In this document: one piece after another, positions 10,741 through 20,429 of the stretch
Layout: every line of letters begins with the position of its first letter
Numbering within the stretch: the first letter of the stretch is position 1
NCBI GenBank assembly: GCA_001179505.1
Contig: CDMY01000706.1
Span: forward strand, 1 to 28,570
Direction: 5' to 3'
DNA length: 28,570 nucleotides
DNA from: Vitrella brassicaformis CCMP3155
Taxonomy: Eukaryota; Protista; Chromerida
Made by a program: the position numbers and the translations under genes
Notes under the pieces: model-generated
What the model was told of the DNA's origin: nothing
The model's database searches: none
What the model saw: the letters and a program-made list of their open reading frames with translations, nothing else

Positions 10741-11661
10741 GTAGCTTTTGTGCGCTTGTCTGTTTCTCCCGCAGGAGGGCGCTTGACAAGCAGTACCAGC
10801 AGGTGCTTCAAGAAATGCTCGGCCCCCCGTCTTTCCCCGGCGCAGACAGCCGAAAAATACTCAGCAATGCACTCAAGGTCATCAAGCGACGACTCCCTTG
10901 ACTTCGAGTGAGCAATAATCAGCAAGATGATGTATGGGTAGCGTTTGTGCGCTTGTCTGTTTCTCCCGCAGGAAGCAGTTTGATAGAGACTACCAGCAGG
11001 TGCTGCTTGAAACGCTTGGCGAGGGGGGACTTCGACGATACCGTAGAGCGTACGATGGCATGAACAAGCAGCCGCCCCTCTCCAGCTGACACCAGCTGCA
11101 TGGCCATTCACTTAAGGTCGTCGAGTGACGCTAGACTTCGAGTAAGCAATCAGCAAGATGACGCATGTTTTGTGCGCTTGGCTGTTCCCCCCGCATGAGG
11201 GCGCTTGACAAGCAGTACGTACCAGCAGCTGCTTCAAGAAACGCTCGGTGAACTCTTGAAGGTGCTTGCAGCTGCCGCTCGCAAGAGCCCCCAGTGAGCC
11301 CCCGAGCACCATGACGCACTCACGGTCGTCAAGCGACGACTCCCTCGACTTTGAGTGAGCAATAATCAGCAAGATGACGCATGTTTTGTGCGCTTGTCTG
11401 TTTCTCTCGCAGGAAGGCATTTGACAAGGAGCACCAGCTGCTGCTGGAAACGCTCGGCGAGGGGGGCCTTCGCCGATATCGCGAAGCGTACGAGCGGCTG
11501 TACAAGCAGCTGCAAAATTCAAGAGCGAACGAGCGGCAGCTTCAGGAGGAGTGAGAGAGAGGCACTTGTTAGAGTACTGGATGCCTTGCCCTTTTCCCGT
11601 CTCTGTCCGCAGGCGTGAGCGCTTAAGGGCCACTCAAGCGCGCGTCATGACGGCAGGCTGA
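10741..11661 (+). repeat. Degenerate tandem array of ~4 exon-intron-exon units (~200-225 bp)
   Basis: Acceptor motif TTGTGCGCTTGTCTGTTTCTCCCGCAG ends at 10774, 10971, ~11196 (CAG mutated to CAT) and 11412. Donor motif CTT(C/T)GA|GT(G/A)AGCAAT recurs near 10908, 11140 and 11354. Confidence 0.85.
11311..11661 (+). CDS. Short (76 aa) truncated paralog of the coiled-coil protein N-terminus
   Basis: Exons 11311-11354, 11413-11550 and 11613-11661 total 231 nt with intact GT-AG sites: MTHSRSSSDDSLDFEKAFDKEHQLLLETLGEGGLRRYREAYERLYKQLQNSRANERQLQEERERLRATQARVMTAG*. Confidence 0.45.
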
Positions 11662-12855
11662 TTCCCGTGGCGCTTGCTTTCGAGACGGTACCCATCGACC
11701 ACGACAGGACCCAGCGCCTCTACGCACGGGTCAGACGGCAGGCCGAGGGCGGTGCCGAGTCGCCTGCTTTCTAAGTCGGCCCTCGACAAATGTGAACGAA
11801 AACAGCACCAAAACGAACGCCACAGAGACATGTCTTTTTTTGTGGTTCCTTGTCTTTCTTGCTGTCAGGAATCGCTGCGTGCATTTCATATCGTGGAGGC
11901 TTTCGATCCGTAGAAGACGAACCCGCTTATGCCTTCCCCGGAGACACAAAGTTGATGGGATGCAGAGCAACACTTGTGCTGACCCTATCGACCAAGTGAG
12001 CCGAGACACAGCCTGGCAGCCAGCCCAGAAACGGCTTCCTGACGTAAGTAGGGTACTTGTGGTCGTTCGTGCGTCCATCCGTGTGCGCGTGTGTGCGCGC
12101 AGGATGGAGTTGAATGTGACACTCAAGGGTGGGTGTGGGTGAAGTGTTGGTTTCTGCGTAGGGGACCTCGGTGCAGTGACAATATACGTGCTTACAGATA
12201 CAAAGCACGCATATTGAAAGAGCAGGTATATTGAAAGAAAGCAGAACCATCCCAAGCCATCTCATTCATCCCTTCCCACGACTGAGTGACTGAGTGACTG
12301 TGTCTCTGCTGAGTCCGGCCCAGAGAATGCTCCGTGTGTTGATGGCCGTTTTTGACTCGCTGCTGTAGTGTGGTGGCCAGACTTCTTGCCCTCCCTGGAG
12401 ACACAAAGATGAAAGGCTCGCTCATTGGTGCTGGAGCGGGCCCGAGAGCTGAAGAAGGGTGTGTTGATGGGCCGTTTTTTCCCTTGACCGATCAGTGTGT
12501 GGTTGTTAATGCACCACTTTTTGAGGCACTAGTGTGCGTGTCTGTAATGAGCATACTTGCCTACAGAACCAACCATTCTCTGGCCGTCCGAGCGTCCATA
12601 TGGAAAGAAAGCGACCAACTCAGCCAACCTCAGGACCAAAACTAATGAGCCTTCACATCCACTCATTCACCCCATACACAAAAACGTATGATCCATTCAT
12701 TCAAAATGCATGCAGGATCGACTGAGACACGCACCGACACATGCCCGTGACATACACGCACAAACACACACACACATTCACGCGCCTCCCTCCACTTCCA
12801 CATTGCGCGTGCTGCCTGCATCCCCCTCTCGACACACGACTGACTGGCTGAGTGT

Positions 12856-15355
12856 CTACTTTGGCACTGGTGCTATGTGTCTGGCTGCCTCGAGCCTCCG
12901 CTGCATCGCCCGAAACTGCTTGAGCTTGTCAGGCTCCTCCAGCAAATCCCGAAAATTCTTCAATACCTGTGCAAACACACATGCACACTCACACGTGTCT
13001 GCTCACGCGCCTACTCGCCCACCCATTCTGGCAGTCTGCCTGCGCCGCGTGGCAGATCCATCAAAGCTTTGACAGATGGCAGCAACAGGGGCACACACAC
13101 ACACATATATGTATATATATGTATCGACAGAGAGGGCTGCAGGGATGACACGAGTGACCGTCTGTGTGGCTATATGCGAGCCTACATTGAACACGTATGT
13201 GCGGAACACATTGGTTGCGATCTTTCCACGCTCCACCTGACGATCACCGAAGCTGCTCACATCGCATCACATCACATCACATCACATCACACCACACACA
13301 CTGGAGGAAGCACGATTGCTGATTTGCTGCCCTCGGTGTGCTGCTTACGCCACGAATTCGGTCAAAAGGTGGACAATGGTGTTGTAAAAGTCCTCATCCT
13401 TGATGCAGACCTCGCCTCTGGCGTGCTTTGCCAGCAGGTCACATAGCACACGCACCACCGACTTGTCACACGCAACCTGCACACCGCACACACACACACA
13501 CACACACACTGCTGCCACACAATAATCACCATAATGTCGGTGGAGCCGCTGTCTGTCGGACCTTGTCGACTCGCATGGCGATCCTGTAGAGCATGTCAAG
13601 ACACTCGTATGTCGCCTTCTGCGTGGCGGCGCCGAAACCCACCATCATCACAAGCTTACTGTCGTCCTCATCATCATCGCTGAAGCCGCAGTGCACTTGT
13701 GTGGCCGCCTTGACGCAGAAGAGGCGATCGTCGCCCAGCAGAGTGACGAGGGCCTTCACGTAGCCGGCGTCGACAAGAGCGTGGACGTGCTCGTGTGCAT
13801 CCCGGTTGAGGGCTGGATCTGAACCCCAACACACGATGCATCGATGGATGGATGGATGGATGGAAGTGGTATGGATGTACCTGAGAGGTGCCGGGCGACG
13901 GCGAGCGGCATGGCGATACCGAAGTCGACCTTGTTGCGGATGCTCTGGGATTGCTGAGCAGGGCTCATGACTAGCATGGTAGGCTCATCCCCCACTCCCA
14001 GGTCGATTGCGATGTCGGTGCTGCCGAGCAGCGTGGCCATCGTCTGCAGCGCCGACCCATTCGACAGCAGCACACGGACAGGCTCGCGCATCACTGGAGA
14101 AACAGACGGAGACTTCACTGATGGGCAGGCAGTGTCGGTCTCTCGGCTCACTCACCCTCATCGATGTGCATTTGAGTGTCCTTGGGAGGGAGAGGCAGCG
14201 TGTTGGGTCGGTAGGGGATGTGGGCCAAGTGGAAGATACACCCGATCAGGCTGGCCGCCCGCCGCTTGATGCTGTCGTCCTCACTACTGGTGAGCTTCTC
14301 GACCAGATCAGAAAGGTGCGGCACCAGATGCTCCTCGATCGCTGCCAACACCTCCTTGTATCGACCTGACGACGACACACGCAATCTTTTGCACATCATA
14401 AGAGCCACGTGACTGTCCAACTGGCGCACGTACCGGTCACGACTGCACAGATTGTGTTCTGCTGTGCGGTGATGAAGGCGGAGACTGACAGAAGGTCCGC
14501 AAAGTACTTGAAGGGGTAGTCTCCCAGCCGTTTGCCGATCGACTCGTCCACAACGCCCAGCTGCATCGACACACTCAGCTGCCGCATCCGGGCGCCGACA
14601 GGGCAGGATTTGGCGGCCATGGGCAGGTGGAAGCTAGCCAGGAACATGAAAGCGGCGCAATTGTTCATCGTGGGGGAGTGGTACAGAAGGGCCTCAGCTC
14701 GATGCAGGAGGGCTTGGTGGTTGGCCAGGACGACCTCACGATAGTCGGGGCCGCCTGCCTTGATGCGTCTGTTGGCCATGGACGGGGTATACACAGAACC
14801 CCAGTTGTCAGATGCCGAGAGCAGGATGCTGAAGATGATGTCGTCCGTCTCCGTCTTGCAGGGGTCATCAGGGAGCAGGTCTTCGAGGGCTGCCAGCAAG
14901 GGCTCGACCGCAGCTGGCTCGGACGCGAATAGGAAGGGGTAGCCGGCCCGGAGCAGCTTGTCCAATGCGACGGCCGCAGCCTCACGACAGGAGCGATGGA
15001 CAGTGCCCTGCAATGAACACAACACAACACACATAAGCACGCACAGAAGGGCTCGTTCCGACGCCAGTTGTCATTCATTCATGAGTCTGGAGATGCAAAC
15101 CTGCATGATTGCGAGTAGCGTCTGATGCAGCGGGGGCTCACTCTTGGCGACATCCTGCAGCACGGTTGTGACCTTCTCCGCCCGGTCGGTGGCCTTGTCA
15201 GCAGCTCCTTCATCCTTGGCCTTGGTGAGTATAGATGTGAGCTCGCCAAGCAGAGGAAGCGCAGCGTCAGGATCACCATCAGGATGCTGCGAGGCCTCAC
15301 GCAGCTTCTTGCCGACGGCACTCAGTTCATTCGCCAGAGAGGTGGCTGCTGTCAT
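12856..15355 (-). CDS. Multi-exon helical-repeat (armadillo/HEAT-like) protein
   Basis: ATG at 15355. Exons seen in ORFs 15071, 14396, 14148, 13756, 13526, 13345 and 13003. ARM-like segments: HALVDAGYVKALVTLLG, LLSNGSALQTMATLLG, LVEKLTSSEDDSIKRRAASLIGCI. Last exon VLKNFRDLL...APVPK* ends at 12856. Confidence 0.6.
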
Positions 15356-16160
15356 GCTGGCAGATCAGGGAGGATCAGCAGAGAAAGAGCCTCCAGCTTT
15401 CTTCTCCTTGCCGGCTGCGAGCTAGGCATGGAGGATGGATTGCACTCATTCGTTTGTGCAGAATCCATCGAGCAATAAGCGCGAGGGAAGACACAACACT
15501 CCCCTCCCTCCAGAAGGCGCCGGCAGCTCGCAGGAGCTCGGAGTAGCGGGTCGCGTGTGGGTGCGTGTCAGGTGTGGATTGTTTTAGGAAACTGACGTAA
15601 CTGAGTAGTGGCTGTCTGGGATTGATCGAGGAAAGGAACTAAGTAACACTTACGATGCAGGCAAGTCATCCGTCCGTCCGTCCATCCACCAACCATCCAT
15701 CCATCCATGGCAACGCAAAGCACACACACACCATGCCCATGACTCTGTGCCGGCGTATAGTTAAGAACGAGGTTCACATTGACCACAGGGGGATGGCGGA
15801 TGGAATGAATTGACTGCGGTGAAGTGCTACTCGACCTCTTCCCCACGGTGTTGGTTTGGCTGGCAAAACAGCATGAGTGACACACATCCACCGAACAGTT
15901 ACACCCGCCAGCCAGGTGCTTTCCGGATTGCATTCATCGATTATGCAGAGTCCACCTGGCAATACACGCGGTCTGTTTGATGGTGACGACATCTATAGGT
16001 TTCAGACACGCAGCTGCCCTTCCTCTACGCCCTATCCCATACTTTATCCAGCACATCAAGCAACAGAAGCCGCCCGTCAACTTTGGCCAAACCATCGGCC
16101 AGAAGCACCGCAATGCGGCCAACGGGCCAATGGGTAGGTGAGCCACTCACTCCTGAGTCA

Positions 16161-17005
16161 TCACTCATCGGGCAGCTCGCCGCAATGCTGCACGACGATG
16201 GGTGAACTGAGCGACACAAGGTCCCTCTGAGGCCCATAGCTCATCTCCCCCAGACTGGCCAGCCTCCGATCGCGGCTGCTGCTGCTGCTGCTGGCCTTGG
16301 GGGTCTTTTTGTCTTCTGTCTTGATCGAGATGGCGTGCAGGTGTGCGAGCATCACCATGTCGTCGATGTAGCCGACCACCGTCTCGAAGGTCTCACACGA
16401 GTTGGCCGACGACACCGTGATGAGAAACCGACCGCCTGAAACACCCACCCACAGACAGACACGACAAGTGAGTGCACACACAGGGATGCAACCATGGGGT
16501 GATTTATGCCGACACACACACTCTGACCGTGCTCTCGATAGCTCTGTATGCCGGTCTTCGTGCTGGTCTTCTCCCCGACGAGCACGACAAGGCCTGGCCG
16601 ACGTGGGGCGATAAGAGAGCGGCGGTGGTCCCACCGGCTGTAGTTCTCTCCATAGATGCTTTCGCTCATCTTGAAGACGTTGCCGCCACACATGTAGCCG
16701 CCGACCAAGTCGCTGCCCTTAATGGCGAACAGGATGGCCGAATCTGATAGTGTCATGATGACATCACACCCGCCACACAGACTACACGACGGACACTTAT
16801 GTGTAGATGCGCCTGCTGTCGCTCACTCACGTTTGTAGTGCAGCGGGTATCCGGCCGTGCCGGTGCCCTTCTCCCCGGTGCAGTAGCACCTGAAGTTCTC
16901 GGCGGCCTTGGGGTTGACGTCGGTGTAGAGCGTGATGACCACACGGCGGACTATGTTGTCGCCCTTGCTGTCCACACAGTTCAGATCCATGAACACCTTC
17001 GGCCG
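16161..17005 (-). other. Cyclophilin-like (PPIase-fold) domain, probably inactive
   Basis: The canonical FHRVIPGFMCQGGD segment is replaced by ILFAIKGSDLVGGY, losing the R55, F60 and Q63 equivalents. Confidence 0.75.
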
Positions 17006-19032
17006 CTGCAGACACACCACACGCACACACAAATAGGGCGGAAGACAGGCCATGTGGCTGTGCATTATGCGTCTCTCTGTGCGGGCCGCGTGTTGATGGC
17101 TTGCCTTTGGTGGTGGGCAGCTGGGGTTCTGTTGGGCCCACTGGATGCCCTCCGTCATATTTTGGATAAACTTGCTGGCCTCGTCTTTCACCTGAACACA
17201 TTCACACACACATGTACAGTGGGTGGGTGTTTGGGCGCTGGTGGTGCCTCTGCTGTCTGTCTGTTTCGCTGACCGTTTTGCAGGAGTTCTGTTTGACCTT
17301 GAGGCACATGAGCCTCCAGAGGTCTGTGCTCTCCTGACACGACACACAGGGACATATTCACACGCAGAGGTGACTGACCATCTCCATCTTTGCGGGGGGA
17401 GAGTGTCGCCTTTCCTTCCCAGCTGACCTTGAGCAGCCTTTCCCAGTGGCCGAAGTGGATGTGCAGCGACATATATGAGTCTATTTGGTAGATCAGGCCC
17501 AACAGGTCATCTATGTCCTGCAGACAGACAGACAGACAGACAGACAGGCAGGCAGACAGATCGACTTGACGACCTCACAGACAGAGAGAATCACTACATG
17601 CCCACGTTGATGGCGAGTGCCCTTCGGATGGATCTCTCGAAGTCTTTCACCCGCGCGAGCATCTCGGTGGTGTCGGAGGCTTTTCGGATCTCTTCTGCCA
17701 GCCGGTCACACACAACCTGCTCATCCTTGGTGGCTGTGGCAGCTGGGGGATTGCCGTCAAAACTGATAACTGGGGACAAACAAGACACAGAAAGGAAGCG
17801 AGCACTGCAGGCCGTGTGTGGTGTTAGTTGTCAGTCTCTCTGTGTGTGTACCTTCCTGGGCGTCTTTGGGCTCGGCCGTCCTGAGGCTGTCGACCACGCG
17901 CATGAAGTCGGCGACAGTATCCCTCTGAAGGCGAGCCAGCTGCTGCTGCACCAACACGCCTTTGTCGATGGCCTTGCCCTTGCTCTGCAGCAGCGAAGCG
18001 AAAGGACACCAGACAGACACACCCGAAATCACGCGCATATGGATTGGCGCCTTGTCGCTGCCCATCCACCTTGAGTTTGGCCATGTCCTCGTCAATCTTG
18101 GCGTCCAGCAGCGCCGCCAAGTCCGTCCGCCGCTCCCACAGACACCACCGCACCCAATCGGCCACCCATTGCTCGCTCGGGGAGGGCACCAGATGACCAC
18201 CTGTCGCGTGGCGTGCAAATCGGGGCCACCGCACAGCCTCAATGGCGGCTTGGAAGAGGGGCGGGGAGGTGATGAAGGCCGTCAGCGGCTTGCTATACTC
18301 TGTAAATGTCCTGGCCACCGACGGGTAGAGGCAAGAGATCAGCACACTCGGGGGGCTCGAGAAGACGGGCACGCCATCGACCGTGTAGAGCTGCGAATGG
18401 TGCCGCTGGGCCCTGAAGAGCAGGTCAAAGGCCAGAAAACGCACCTTGAGCCCGGCCCGCTGCAGGTCGCGCACGGCCGCCCTGGCGAAAGGCAGCAGCA
18501 GCGGGTCTATATGGTCCGCCTTGCTAAAGGTGGGAAGGAAACGAAGCACCGGGCACTCAGAAACACCCGAGCTCCCTCCAAATGTCGCGTCGACCACGTA
18601 AGGACAGAAGTTGAAATATTCGCCCATCGGATCCTCTCGGATGCGGAGGTCAACCTCGCCAGGCTGCGGCTCACTCAACTCGACTGCTGCAGCTGCTGCA
18701 GTGGCGTCTCCAGCAGATGCATCCTTGGCGGCCACACCAGCCAGGCACTCTTCAATCGCCGCCCTCTCGCGCTCCACCTGACACGTGTAGAAATCGGCCA
18801 TGTCGAGGAAGCCGATGAACAGCCGCGCGACGTTGACATTGGTAAAGGCCGGCCTCACGATGGTGCGAAAGAGCTCACAGGGCTCCCGACGAGTGTCTTC
18901 ATCTTCACGAAGGCATCGTGTCGAGCAGTAGAGCATCTCGCCGGACAGGGGGCATGCGACTCGTCGGCCGAGCGACCCGCACTTGAGGCACTTGATGTCA
19001 GCAGTGGCATGAGTCATTGACGCGTCCGACAT
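16161..19032 (-). CDS. Degenerate MYND-like zinc finger + helical region + catalytically degenerate cyclophilin domain (start may be 19032, 19095 or 19224)
   Basis: Exon 1 has CLKC-x8-CPLS-x4-YCSTRC. Phase-consistent exons lead to RPKVFMDL...VVITLYTDVNPKAAENFRCYCTGEKGTGTAGYPLHYK, SESIYG, RFLIT and PIVVQHCGEL*, which are cyclophilin-fold hallmarks. Confidence 0.7.
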
Positions 19033-19222
19033 CGGTGGGAAGGCGGCGTCACGACCGATGTCAAGATGGGGCGCTTGTCGAGGGGAGAAGAGCATGGATC
19101 TGCATAGATGAGAATTCAGGTCCGCTGCCGGGCAATCGCACAGGCTGCCGGGCCGCCTCTTTCCCGGCTGCGAGCTGAGTAGTTGCAGCTGCAAGCTTAG
19201 CTCAGAGGGTGCGAAGGAAAAC

Positions 19223-20429
19223 ATGGCGAACCGCTGGCTCCCTGGCGAGAAGCTGAGCAGCACGGAAGTCGCTGCTTACCTCGAGAGGATCGGGATCTCA
19301 GTGGGTGAGGCAAAGGAGCCGTCCCCCGAGCTGCTGTTGCTGCTGCAGCGAAAGCACCTATCGTCAGTGCCCTTCGAGAACCTGCATATCATTCTCAGCG
19401 AAGACAATCACAAAGTGCCACAGCTGGAGCCTTTCGCGACGTTCAACAAAATCGTGACGCACAATCGTGGCGGATATTGTTACGAGCTGAATGGCGGATA
19501 TTGTCGCCTCCTGGACGCATTGGGCTTTCGCGTCAAGCCACTCTTGGGTCAGCCCATGCGCAGGCACACACATCCACCTCAAGGCACCCATCCTCTGCTT
19601 GCGCCTGTGTGTGTCGATGTGTGTCTGCATGTGCAGCGCGCATCAGTGGTGAGGACACGCCCTACCCAGCGATTGCACAATTGGACCACCTGGTGATTCT
19701 CGTGACCTTGGGGGAGAGCGAGTACATCACAGATGTGGGCAACGGGACCAAGTGCATCCGATCACCAATCCACCTCCCCACAGAGGGCACACCGACGGTG
19801 ATCCCCGGCCACCGGCTGTCGTGCATTGCCGAGGGGCTGTATCTTCTCGAGTGGATGTCGGAGGACAACACATGGACACCCTGGTGAGTGACGGACGAGC
19901 CACGAAGATGACGAGAAATAGGTTGATGGGGTCATTCAGTCACGCCTGTCTGTCTGGCTGGGCTATGTTCCTGTCAGGTACACTGTTGACCTCAAGCAGA
20001 ACACCTACATTCCCCAGGACACCGTGTGAGCGCTGACGGGGAAGAATGCACCCCACTCGGCCAATGCGCATTTCTTCCTCTCTCTCTGTCTGTCCACGTC
20101 TGAAGTTTTGCCAACTTCCATGTGGCCAACGTCCATCCGCTCTTCTCCCAGGTGCCGCTGGCCGTCCTTCACACAGCGTATGGCGCCAAGGTCATCACCA
20201 AGGGCAAGTACAAGCACACCCATTTCGCATGGACGGCACACGAGACCGGCGGCGGCTGGCCCCCTGTGGACGTGGACGTCCCTCCGGTGATGGATGGCAA
20301 GGCCTCCGTCGATTTCGGCCACCGCAGTCTGTCTTGTGAGGAGATCCCCGCTTTGCTGGTTGGTGAGTTCCGCTTCGACTATGGCTTCAGCAGCGAGCAG
20401 ATGGAGCGTCTGAGGAAGCATGTGAAGGG
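19223..20429 (+). other. nat: Arylamine N-acetyltransferase domain
   Basis: VPFENL, RGGYCYELN (catalytic Cys), DHLVILV (His) and ITDVGNG (Asp) form the complete NAT triad. Confidence 0.9.

Noticed and set aside
10741-11420. Repeat-spacer pattern as a CRISPR-like array
   Set aside because: The repeats are splice-site-bearing intron copies, the 'spacers' are mutually homologous exons, and the context is eukaryotic with no cas genes.
11660-12800. Several 60-170-aa ORFs between the array and the ARM gene
   Set aside because: No coherent phase-consistent exon chain or motif; likely UTR, intergenic or decayed sequence.
15400-16150. Short ORFs and CCAT/CCGT microsatellites between the ARM and cyclophilin genes
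   Set aside because: Ordinary promoter/3'UTR DNA with no RNA-gene or structural signature that I can support.
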